Below are positions 19,348 through 27,835 of a DNA stretch of 64,000 nucleotides, piece by piece. A model generated the notes under the pieces. That model had not been told where the DNA came from and searched no databases. It saw nothing but the letters and a program-made list of their open reading frames with translations. The DNA lies in the NCBI GenBank assembly GCA_036003785.1, contig DASYSB010000047.1, positions 18,800 through 82,799 on the forward strand, read 5' to 3'. Source of the DNA: Nitrososphaera sp. (GTDB lineage Archaea; Thermoproteota; Nitrososphaeria; Nitrososphaerales; Nitrososphaeraceae). The position numbers were made by a program, and so were the translations under genes. Positions within the stretch are counted from its first letter, which is position 1. Each line of letters begins with the position of its first letter.

Positions 19348-19476
19348 ATGGGAACAAGCTGCGAGAATTGCAACCAGCTAGCATCAAGCCTTATAGAATT
19401 CAATTCCGTGCTGCTGTGCCCAGCTTGTTTTGACAAGGAAATCCAGAGGATATCTGCTACTACCATTGACCCGTGA
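19348..19476 (+). CDS. 42-aa zinc-finger microprotein
   Basis: Manual translation: MGTSCENCNQLASSLIEFNSVLLCPACFDKEIQRISATTIDP (CxxC...CxxC). Confidence 0.65.
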   Translation: MGTSCENCNQLASSLIEFNSVLLCPACFDKEIQRISATTIDP

Positions 19477-19564
19477 TTATATCCGCTCGACTGGAGCCAG
19501 CAAGCATGAACAGGAATTCAATTTATAAATAGCAAGAATTGACTGTCCTGTTGCTAGAAATCTC

Positions 19565-20671
19565 ATGAGATTGCTGGAATATCAGGGAAAGGAACTTTTT
19601 GACGAGTATGGAATCAGGATACCAAGCTCGCACCTTGCGCACACTATACAGGAGGCTCGCGAAGGCGGCAAGAAACTTGGCTATCCACTGGTGCTCAAGT
19701 CACAGCTCACAGTCGGCGGCAGGGGCAAGGCCGGCGCAATTGTCAAGTGCAAGAGCGAAGTCGAGCTCGCCTCCAAGTTTAGCGAACTGCTTCATAAGGA
19801 GGTAAAAGGGGAGCTTCCACGCGGCATCCTGCTTGAAGAAATGGCCAACATAAAGAATGAACTCTATCTCTCGCTTTTCCTGAACAGGAGTAAGCGCTGC
19901 TATTCTCTCATATCTTCTGCAGAGGGCGGAGTAGAAATTGAAAGTGCCGGAAACAAGGTAGTGGTTGACGTTCCAATTGACGGCCTGAGCGCGCACACTG
20001 CAGAAGATACTGCGTTCAAGCTGGGGCTAAACGGAAGGACAGTAGTGTCATTTGTTGACTTTACCACAAAGCTCTCAAGGCTAGTAAGTGAAAGAGAAGC
20101 TGAATTGGCGGAGATAAATCCTGTCGCAATTCTCGGCGATGGCTCGCTCATGGCACTCGATGCCAAGGTGATTATTGATGATAACGCGCTGTTTCGCCAC
20201 CCCGAGCTGAAAAAGTACGAACATGTATCGGAACTTGAAAGACAGGCAGAGGTTAGCGGCTTTTCGCTTGTCGAGCTGGACGGCAACATTGCAATCATTG
20301 GCAACGGCGCTGGCCTTGTCATGTCGACTCTTGACATGGTCTCTGATGCAGGTGGTAAGGCAGCGGCATTCCTGGACTTTGGGGGAAGGGCCACGACCGA
20401 AACAATCTACGAAGCGCTCAAGGTGATAAGCAAAATCAAGCGAGTCGAGGCGATACTCGTGAACCTCTTTGGCGGTATTGTCAGGACCAATCTTGTCGCG
20501 CAGGCAATACTAGATGCGTACAAGAACAACTTGGTAACCGTCCCGGTGTTTGCAAGGATCTCCGGTGCCGAGGCGGAGAAGGCAAGAACAATGCTCAATG
20601 GCAGCAAGGCGAAGCTCTACAATACTGTCGAAGAAGCGATACAGGCCGCAGTAGCGGCCGTAAACCGGTGA
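19565..20671 (+). CDS. sucC: Succinyl-CoA synthetase beta subunit
   Basis: LLEYQGKELF, GGRGKAG, AEINP, DAK...DDNALFRHP, GNGAGLVMSTLD, NLFGGI. Confidence 0.97.
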   Translation: MRLLEYQGKELFDEYGIRIPSSHLAHTIQEAREGGKKLGYPLVLKSQLTVGGRGKAGAIVKCKSEVELASKFSELLHKEVKGELPRGILLEEMANIKNELYLSLFLNRSKRCYSLISSAEGGVEIESAGNKVVVDVPIDGLSAHTAEDTAFKLGLNGRTVVSFVDFTTKLSRLVSEREAELAEINPVAILGDGSLMALDAKVIIDDNALFRHPELKKYEHVSELERQAEVSGFSLVELDGNIAIIGNGAGLVMSTLDMVSDAGGKAAAFLDFGGRATTETIYEALKVISKIKRVEAILVNLFGGIVRTNLVAQAILDAYKNNLVTVPVFARISGAEAEKARTMLNGSKAKLYNTVEEAIQAAVAAVNR

Positions 20672-20675
20672 TCAA

Positions 20676-21602
20676 ATGAAAACAGTGGAACGAACATTCA
20701 ACATTTTTGAGATTCTTGAAGGAAGCAAGGGCGACAAGGACTTTGGCAAAAAGCCGGTAGTAATACAGGGCATAACAGGGAGTTACGGTTCTACACACAC
20801 TCGGCTTATGAAGGCGTACGGTACAAACATTGCGGCAGGTGTGACTCCAGGCAAGGGCGGACAAGACTTTGAAGGTACACCCGTCTATAACACGATGGCA
20901 GAGGCAGTCAAGGCTTCAGGTGCACAGATATCCGGAATGTTCGTCCCCGCGCCATTCTTCCTAAAGGCAGCCCTCGAAGCGCTTGACAGCGGCATCAAAT
21001 TGCTGATTGCGATACCCGAGCATGTTCCGATAAGGGATTCGATAAATGTTCTAGAGCATGCAAGGAAGAAGGGTGCAAGGATGGTTGGACCAAACACCCC
21101 CGGAGTCATTGTGCCAGAAGTGATGAAAGTGGGCATCATGCCGGCCCAGCCCTTCAAGGCTGGAAGCACAGTGGTATTCTCGCGCAGCGGAACACTAATG
21201 TACGAAGTTTCCTACAATCTTACAAACAAAGGATACGGGCAGAAGCTGTGCCTTGGAATTGGCGGCGACCCCATAAACGGGACGAACCTTATAGAGGCAT
21301 TCGATCTTATCCGGGAAAGAAGCGATGTAGATTCAATCGTTGTCGTCGGAGAAATAGGCGGCGACGCGGAGGAGCAGCTTGCAGAATACCTCATACAGAC
21401 GTCCTTTAGCAAACCGGTCATCGCCTACATTGCAGGAAGGGCAGCTCCCAAGGAAAAGAGGATGGGCCACGCCGGCGCCATAGTGTACGGTAACTATGGT
21501 TCCGCAGAGTCAAAAGCGGCCAACTATGCAAAGGCCGGCGTGCCTGTGGCAAAACGCCCGGCAGAGGTGCCAGAGCTCTTGGCTAAGAAGCTACGAAGAT
21601 AA
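20676..21602 (+). CDS. sucD: Succinyl-CoA synthetase alpha subunit
   Basis: [44 protein letters not shown]. Confidence 0.97.
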   Translation: MKTVERTFNIFEILEGSKGDKDFGKKPVVIQGITGSYGSTHTRLMKAYGTNIAAGVTPGKGGQDFEGTPVYNTMAEAVKASGAQISGMFVPAPFFLKAALEALDSGIKLLIAIPEHVPIRDSINVLEHARKKGARMVGPNTPGVIVPEVMKVGIMPAQPFKAGSTVVFSRSGTLMYEVSYNLTNKGYGQKLCLGIGGDPINGTNLIEAFDLIRERSDVDSIVVVGEIGGDAEEQLAEYLIQTSFSKPVIAYIAGRAAPKEKRMGHAGAIVYGNYGSAESKAANYAKAGVPVAKRPAEVPELLAKKLRR

Positions 21603-21615
21603 ATTCAACCGACTG

Positions 21616-21801
21616 TCACTTGCCGGTCTCTTCTACCTTGCTGCCGGAGTCGCTCCCATGTGTGACGTTGGCAGTAATATTTTCATCTACTGTCATGTTG
21701 TCTCTTTGACCTTCCTGCCCCTTGTTGTAGACTTCCGCAAAGCCTAGAAGGAGCCCCAAGACCGCGAATGTCAGGATAAATAGTACCACGCTTGACCGCA
21801 T
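21616..21801 (-). CDS. Small single-TM protein
   Basis: N-terminal hydrophobic helix with a polar tail. Confidence 0.55.
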   Translation of the reverse strand: MRSSVVLFILTFAVLGLLLGFAEVYNKGQEGQRDNMTVDENITANVTHGSDSGSKVEETGK

Positions 21802-21880
21802 ACCTAAAGGATCTTGGCAATTGATTCATAAACATTTGGTTGCACTACGGCGTTCCGGGGGCATCAATATATATTGAAAA

Positions 21881-22072
21881 TTGCTGCTCAGAAAGGCAAT
21901 GTCGTCTGAACTGCGCTTTTGCGACCGGTGCATGCAAAAAACACACCACGAAATGATTGAGGATCCTGAAACCATCTACACTTACAAGCGAAGAAAGCTT
22001 TACAAATGCAAGGAATGCGGACACAAAAGCTACAGGCGGGGATTGCGCCCAAGCGCAGAATCAGTCTACTGA
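21881..22072 (+). CDS. Small zinc-ribbon protein
   Basis: RFCDRCMQKTHH...YKCKECGH. Confidence 0.7.
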   Translation: MLLRKAMSSELRFCDRCMQKTHHEMIEDPETIYTYKRRKLYKCKECGHKSYRRGLRPSAESVY

Positions 22073-22077
22073 AGGAA

Positions 22078-22908
22078 ATGCATATGGACGATTCAATTCC
22101 AAGAGCAATTACAAAGCTAAAGAACGAGTTTGTGCAAACGTACAAGGGTCATAGCCTTCTTCGCGAAATCCTGCCTCTGTCGCATTCAAAGTACCTTCCA
22201 ATTGACGATCACTTGCTGCACTCTCTACACAGATTTGCAGCGGCCAATCCGATTTACGTAAGATCGTATGACTTAGAGATTTCTGGTATAACCTGTAAAG
22301 TTTACGAAGGCGATATCAACAGCTACTGGCTGAGCAGCAAGAAATACGATACAAGCTACCAACCCTTTTACCCTACGTGGATGCTGTCGGCCTTTGCGCT
22401 TGCGCACGGCGCAAAGTCGCTCGGCTTTGAACAACTAGTTGACGTGGGATCCGGTGATGGCCGGATAGCATATTGCGGTCGGTTACTTGGAATGGAGTCA
22501 CATGGAGTGGAGATTGATCACGACCTTGTGCAGCTCCAAGATACGATCTCGTCTACTACCGACGTTAGGTACAGCTCGATAAGGGCCGACGCTACGCGCT
22601 TTGACTATGGGACTTTGAAACTCTCCCGGCCAATGTTCTTCATCTCTGGGCTACCTGAGATGGGGGAAATGCTAGCAGAGAGCGTAATAAAACAGGTCAG
22701 GTCGATAGAAGCGCTAAGGCACAGCGCCGGTTTCAACTTTATGGGCAGCCACATTATGAAGACTTTCTCGAGAGACAAGACCGGTTGGGGATGGGGGAGT
22801 GTCATTGCTAGTCACGACTTAGAGCTTGCAGGAACAGTCACGCTGCCGACACTTTGGACCACTGATCAAGTGGTCGACACGGCCTATGTCTATACAACGC
22901 TCAGATAG
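22078..22908 (+). CDS. Class I SAM-dependent methyltransferase-like protein
   Basis: LVDVGSGDGRIAY motif I, HGVEID, ADAT; start taken at the ATG after the Zn-ribbon stop. Confidence 0.75.
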   Translation: MHMDDSIPRAITKLKNEFVQTYKGHSLLREILPLSHSKYLPIDDHLLHSLHRFAAANPIYVRSYDLEISGITCKVYEGDINSYWLSSKKYDTSYQPFYPTWMLSAFALAHGAKSLGFEQLVDVGSGDGRIAYCGRLLGMESHGVEIDHDLVQLQDTISSTTDVRYSSIRADATRFDYGTLKLSRPMFFISGLPEMGEMLAESVIKQVRSIEALRHSAGFNFMGSHIMKTFSRDKTGWGWGSVIASHDLELAGTVTLPTLWTTDQVVDTAYVYTTLR

Positions 22909-23036
22909 CCATGGACTATGTAACCATTTGATGTAGTTCGCAGTAATGCACTGAGTCAACAGGATTATCTGGATTAGATCACGTTGGCATGTCAAGTACA
23001 TCGCCGTTTCGCCGGAGCGCCAAAATGTAATTTATA

Positions 23037-24110
23037 TTGAACTTGGCGCTGACAAGCAACAGTTTGGCCGAAAACCTTCTGACGATGCTTTTGTGGCTCG
23101 CCGAGCTGACCGTCGCAAGTTTCCTTCTCTCGTACGGAGCCGAGCACTTGTCAAAAAAGTATGGAGCAAAATTTGTCGGCCGCACACTCCTAAGCGTTGC
23201 GACGACCCTGCCGGAGATCGCTATTGTAATTTACGCTGCTGCTGATGGCCTTTATGGAACTGCAATAGGCGCCGGTCTTGGCAGCAACCTGCTAATGATG
23301 ACTCTTGGATTGGCCATAATGATTCTTATAGCAACGACGCGCCTGTCAAAAGCGCCGCTAAAAGGGGTAGATGTTGCCACCTTCAAGCTGGACAAGATTT
23401 TCCTGCTCGCTACAGCAGTGATCAGCGCAGTTCTGTTTATCGACGGCTACAATTTTATCGACGGCATTATCTTTGCCGGCATGTTTGGTGCATACTTGAT
23501 CATGGCCCTCTTGGAGATGAAATCAGAGAACAAAGCGAAAAAAGAGGAAATGTACAAGGCCGATCCACACAAAGTTGTCAAGGTATACGAGGGGCCATCA
23601 GAGAAGGGACCAAGCAGGGAAATGATAAAAGGCATGTTGGCTTTTGGTGCGGGCACCGCCGGCATCTTTTTTGGAGCCTCGCCATTTATCGAGTCGCTTC
23701 AAGGCTTCTCGCTTGAAGTGGGCGTTTCAGTGATCATCCTTGCTGTGATTATTAGCCCGATAGCCGGAGAAATGCCGGAAAAAATATCAATGATGCTCCT
23801 TGCACGCAAGGGGGCAGCGGGGGCATCAATAGCGGTTGCAAACGTCCTAGGTTCAAAGATACTCAACAATACCTTGCTACTAGCGGTAGCAGTATTCGGC
23901 GCGATGTATCACGGCGGCTTTAACACAAACATTGCGCTGAACCCTATTCTGGAATATCAGATGATACTCGTGACGGCAGTGACCATCGGCGCCCTTGCAA
24001 TGATGTTCAAGAAAGAAATCGGACTCAAGGTAGGGATAGTACTTGCCGCTATGTACATCATAAGCCTGTTCATACAATTCCTGTTACCCCAGGATCTGAC
24101 TCTGCATTAA
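23037..24110 (+). CDS. Ca2+/cation antiporter (CaCA, Na+/Ca2+ exchanger family)
   Basis: alpha-repeats SVATTLPEIA...GSNL and GEMPEK...NVLGSKILNN. Confidence 0.9.
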   Translation: MNLALTSNSLAENLLTMLLWLAELTVASFLLSYGAEHLSKKYGAKFVGRTLLSVATTLPEIAIVIYAAADGLYGTAIGAGLGSNLLMMTLGLAIMILIATTRLSKAPLKGVDVATFKLDKIFLLATAVISAVLFIDGYNFIDGIIFAGMFGAYLIMALLEMKSENKAKKEEMYKADPHKVVKVYEGPSEKGPSREMIKGMLAFGAGTAGIFFGASPFIESLQGFSLEVGVSVIILAVIISPIAGEMPEKISMMLLARKGAAGASIAVANVLGSKILNNTLLLAVAVFGAMYHGGFNTNIALNPILEYQMILVTAVTIGALAMMFKKEIGLKVGIVLAAMYIISLFIQFLLPQDLTLH

Positions 24111-24132
24111 AATAATACCCACAACCCCTGCT

Positions 24133-24564
24133 ATGCGGATGCTCTCAAAGATACTTGTGCCCGTAGACGGGTCCGACAACTCATTCCGCGCCCTTGACAA
24201 TGCGATTTTCCTTGCCAAAAGTACAGGAGCGGACCTGACTGCAATACACGTAATAGAAAATCCGCCCACAGTGTATGTCGAGTCGCAGAAATTGCTCAAC
24301 GACCTGCTTGCTAACTATAGGGCCGAGTCGACAAAAATCCTAGACAAGTGCAAGCAGATTGCGGACAAGAGCGGCGTCAAGCTAGAGACTGTAATCGCGG
24401 AAGGAGACGGAGCTTATAACATCACCGGTTACGCGCACAAGGAGAGCTTTGACCTTATAGTCATCGGCAGCCGCGGCCTTGGCAGGTTCAAAGAAATGGT
24501 GCTTGGTAGTGTCTCTAACAAGGTGCTGCACCACACAAAGTGTTCGGTCCTTATTGTAAAATAG
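24133..24564 (+). CDS. uspA: Universal stress protein
   Basis: KILVPVDGSDNS...DLIVIGSRGLG...LGSVSNKVLHH..CSVLIVK. Confidence 0.95.
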   Translation: MRMLSKILVPVDGSDNSFRALDNAIFLAKSTGADLTAIHVIENPPTVYVESQKLLNDLLANYRAESTKILDKCKQIADKSGVKLETVIAEGDGAYNITGYAHKESFDLIVIGSRGLGRFKEMVLGSVSNKVLHHTKCSVLIVK

Positions 24565-24753
24565 TCATAACAAGTTTTCCCACAGGACTACGACAGAGCT
24601 ATCATTTTTGTTGTTGTCTTTTCTTGTTGCCTTGAGTTCTTGCTCGAGTTCGGATTTGCGCGATTCGTGGGTAGAAGTTGAGGCATGCTGGTTTGCTTGA
24701 CTAATGCTCACTACAACACCGCAAATGTTGCATCTTAGCTTCTCTTCGGCCAT
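24565..24753 (-). CDS. Small C2H2-type zinc-finger protein
   Basis: LRCNICG...HASTSTH. Confidence 0.65.
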   Translation of the reverse strand: MAEEKLRCNICGVVVSISQANQHASTSTHESRKSELEQELKATRKDNNKNDSSVVVLWENLL

Positions 24754-24823
24754 ACGGTACGTATTTCTTTACAGGAATATAAAAACAGTAAGCCATTTAT
24801 GACATTGTGGTGGTAGTGAATCA

Positions 24824-25141
24824 ATGCAGATGGAGATTGCTTCTCAAACCGTCTTGGCTCGTTTGAAGAGCTCGTCAGACGAAGGTTCGTCATCGGTTAG
24901 CCTGAATCAGATCAAGATGTGGGTCGTGCCGCAAATGGGGGAGCAAGACCAAGACTACACCATAAACCAAAGCTACTTTGCAACTCTGCTAAACCAGACA
25001 ATAATCGATCTTCTGGCAAAAGGATACATTACTTCCTCTATGCACGACGGTGTAGAAGATGGGGATGCCGAGATGTTTTCCCTTACAGTCAAGGGTGCTA
25101 GATACGTGGAAGAGCTTACAGCTGCAAGCGTCGAGCAGTGA
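24824..25141 (+). CDS. Hypothetical winged-helix-like protein
   Basis: Helical region followed by LLAKGYI...FSLTVKGARYV wing pattern. Confidence 0.62.
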   Translation: MQMEIASQTVLARLKSSSDEGSSSVSLNQIKMWVVPQMGEQDQDYTINQSYFATLLNQTIIDLLAKGYITSSMHDGVEDGDAEMFSLTVKGARYVEELTAASVEQ

Positions 25142-25174
25142 CGACGAAAACATTCAAAAGCAACTAGTAGCTAA

Positions 25175-25495
25175 GTGAGCAATCGTCTGTTGGAGGCATG
25201 TGTAATGACTTCGTCAAAAAAAGAACTGAAAGAGAAAGAAAATCAAGAACGCCTTGCGCGCGCTGTTGAAACCCTCGATTCTATTACAAAGAACAATGAC
25301 ATCCAAAAAAGCATACGAAACATGATAAAAGAAGTGCTCCTTGCACTCAAAGACGAAAAAGGCGGCAGCATGTCGGTAAGGGCGGCCAACGCAATCAGTC
25401 TGCTCGATAACGCGACGCAGAGCCCCCAGATGCAGTCGCACATTCGCACGATGCTTTGGCAGGTAGTGTCGACACTTGAAAGCATAAGAGAATAA
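25175..25495 (+). CDS. UPF0147 family protein
   Basis: RAANAISLLDNATQSPQMQSHIRTMLWQVVSTLESIRE. Confidence 0.9.
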   Translation: MSNRLLEACVMTSSKKELKEKENQERLARAVETLDSITKNNDIQKSIRNMIKEVLLALKDEKGGSMSVRAANAISLLDNATQSPQMQSHIRTMLWQVVSTLESIRE

Positions 25496-25633
25496 TTACC
25501 GCACACTTTTTACCGGCTTGACAGGTGGAGGCAGTTTTTCGAGCTTGTGATTGGGGTTTGCAAGGTAATGCCTAGAAGCACCTTCGCCGCTCAGCACAAT
25601 ATTGCAGTGAACACACCTGTATCTAATCGCCAT
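25496..25633 (-). CDS. 45-aa C2H2-like zinc-finger microprotein (paralog of 12942-13100)
   Basis: Manual translation: MAIRYRCVHCNIVLSGEGASRHYLANPNHKLEKLPPPVKPVKSVR. Confidence 0.8.
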   Translation of the reverse strand: MAIRYRCVHCNIVLSGEGASRHYLANPNHKLEKLPPPVKPVKSVR

Positions 25634-26194
25634 GTCTTACGTGCAAGTGATATAGTATGCACATGGCTAAAAACGCTATGGACATAATACTATAGAAAAG
25701 CCCAAGGATCAACCTACTTTCTAACATTGGGACCCATTTCCGAGAAAACATCCCTAGTTTAGGACGATAGGTGTAAGCAATCAACTTTCAGTCAGAGCAC
25801 GTCAAAGGGATGCGACAAGAATATCTCTAAAACTACATGAATTCCCCACCAGGTAGGTGGACAAAGGTGGGTAGACGGTGGATAGTGTCATGAAATGGGT
25901 CGATGATTGGTGTTTCCGTCGTAATCGTTGTCTGCACCCACGTTTTTTCAACACCAGACCAAAGCGGCTATTGGCAAATGGCACCCCAGCTTCTGGGATA
26001 AGGTCGAATTTATTGATATTCCATCTAGGGGCCCGTGGTCCATAAACTCGGTCATTTCACGCAATCCATGGATTAGACAGGTTTGTCTGGGCCTTCCAGA
26101 CATCTCTTGCAAAGGCAATTAGGTCGACATTGGCAGGTTTCCGGTATCCGAGGCATTTGGATAATCTGAGGATGCCTTGATTACGTGGATATGT

Positions 26195-26216
26195 GAAAGG
26201 TATCAGAAAGGTATCA
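26195..26216. repeat. Tandem 11-bp direct repeat GAAAGGTATCA x2
   Basis: gaaaggtatca gaaaggtatca read directly. Confidence 0.8.
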
Positions 26217-26317
26217 TGTTCCGTTATGGGCACGGATTGAAGCGTGCACGGGAGCTACATACATTTCTCTATAAAGAATGGACGACCAAAAGAGGTATCA
26301 AATAGGTCTACCACTAA

Positions 26318-26608
26318 ATGCAACGTGTCATTATCTCGGTTGCGAAAAGCTACGTTCATAGAGGCCGACGCCTTCGCCATCGGCAGAGCACGAGGAAGAA
26401 ATGGCAGGCCTATTACTATGAGTTGGACCCTGCTGATGGCAAATACAGGATGAAAACACGAAGGGTAAATTGGCTTCAAGCAATGTATTACAAGACGCAA
26501 ATTAGACATCGATACAAGTATTATTGCACAGACTGCGGTTCGGCTGTGTTTGCCTATCTCAAATCTCGAAAACAAGCCCTTGAGTGCCCAATTTGCGGCA
26601 CTCTATGA
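26318..26608 (+). CDS. Basic protein with C-terminal zinc ribbon
   Basis: SYVHRGRR...YCTDCG...ECPICG. Confidence 0.7.
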   Translation: MQRVIISVAKSYVHRGRRLRHRQSTRKKWQAYYYELDPADGKYRMKTRRVNWLQAMYYKTQIRHRYKYYCTDCGSAVFAYLKSRKQALECPICGTL

Positions 26609-26722
26609 TGATTGTCTGAGCGATTAGCCGTCCAGGTGCCCAAGATCTCCATCAGGATGGGAATCAATTTGTGCGTGCTCGGGGGTCTATTCGCTATCTC
26701 CTCTGCCTTTGGCTCCGATGAC

Positions 26723-26753
26723 CTTACCTAATAGGTAGTACCTATTAGGTAAG
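26723..26753. promoter_or_regulatory. Perfect 31-bp nested inverted repeat
   Basis: CTTACCTAATAGGTA-G-TACCTATTAGGTAAG; each arm is itself the near-palindrome TACCTAWTAGGTA. Confidence 0.7.
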
Positions 26754-26766
26754 TTCTTATGTTTCC

Positions 26767-26955
26767 TTGGTGCATACGTCTCGTCCTATGGGCGAGATAA
26801 GATTGAGAGGGTACAAATGCGAACGGTGCTACCACGTTTGGGTTCCTAGGAAACTCGTTGAAAAACCCACAATATGCCCTGCCTGTAAGACCCCTTATTG
26901 GAACAAGCCACGTGCAAAGAAGATTCTGGTGCCGAAGGGCTCTGTGTCTATATGA
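26767..26955 (+). CDS. Small zinc-ribbon protein
   Basis: YKCERCYHVWVPR...PTICPACKTPYWNKPR; likely start MGEIRL. Confidence 0.75.
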   Translation: MVHTSRPMGEIRLRGYKCERCYHVWVPRKLVEKPTICPACKTPYWNKPRAKKILVPKGSVSI

Positions 26956-27089
26956 GGCTGATTTTCGCAAGAAGCCTGGGTTCCGCCCCAAGCAAATTTC
27001 TTGTTGAGTCTCCTACCTCGGTATAAACTGAGAACTGTTTCAAAACATGAGACCAGTTTCTGTGGTGCGGGACATGCTGACAAAACCTT

Positions 27090-27692
27090 ATGTTACCGGG
27101 ACGTCGCAATAGATTCATGCTCGTCAGCGCTGATGGCTCAACCGCACCACCACAGAAAGGAGGAATCGGAGCGACGATTGTGGAGCCTTCGCAACCCCCC
27201 AGTTTGATTGCTATCAATAGCGCCGTTGTAGCAATGTTTGCTCTGATAATATTTAGTAGCATCAGCTTTACAACTCCGATATGGACCCTGAAAATCACGG
27301 AAATCCATGTTGTCATGCTATTTTCCGTCGCATTCTTGCTCTTGGTTGGATACTATTTGAAGATAAATGCTATGAGATATTATCAGCTGGAGCCTGTTAG
27401 GAGAAACTTGGCTCTCAGCGCTCAGACTGTCACCAAGAGCTCAGAGGCTATAGATTCAGCGCTTAAATCAGTAAACGCGCAAATAGCATTAGTCAAAGAC
27501 CTTCTAACGGCAAACATGATTTCAACGAATAAGGCTCAACTTGAAACCTTCAATCAAAGATTGCCGGAAACTACTGAGCAGTTTAAGAAGTTAGTCGAGG
27601 CAACCGAAGTACTCAAGGAAAGTCGTCAAACGTTAGAGCAACATAGACAGAAACTTCTTGGTCTTCGTGGTAACCTATCCCGAATGAAATAA
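27090..27692 (+). CDS. Two-TM protein with C-terminal coiled coil
   Basis: Two hydrophobic helices followed by a heptad-rich region. Confidence 0.62.
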   Translation: MLPGRRNRFMLVSADGSTAPPQKGGIGATIVEPSQPPSLIAINSAVVAMFALIIFSSISFTTPIWTLKITEIHVVMLFSVAFLLLVGYYLKINAMRYYQLEPVRRNLALSAQTVTKSSEAIDSALKSVNAQIALVKDLLTANMISTNKAQLETFNQRLPETTEQFKKLVEATEVLKESRQTLEQHRQKLLGLRGNLSRMK

Positions 27693-27835
27693 TTTTCTGC
27701 ACATAGTGCTCCAAAATAATACCGTCTCCACGAACTACGTTGTGGAGCTACCGCAAAAATCTAACACAAGTCAGAAGTTATGGGTTATGGCATGATGCGC
27801 ACCGTATTAGGGATCAATTTTCTATTAGTGGAAAA

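Noticed and set aside
26073-26156. 27-aa metallothionein-like ORF MPRIPETCQCRPNCLCKRCLEGPDKPV (minus strand)
   Set aside because: Very short, no clear promoter, and it lies in a degraded region with several overlapping short frames; could be chance.
25491-27725. AATAATTACCG / AATAATACCG as a target-site duplication of the 25.5-27.7 kb patch
   Set aside because: Imperfect (indel), AT-rich and short enough to occur by chance.
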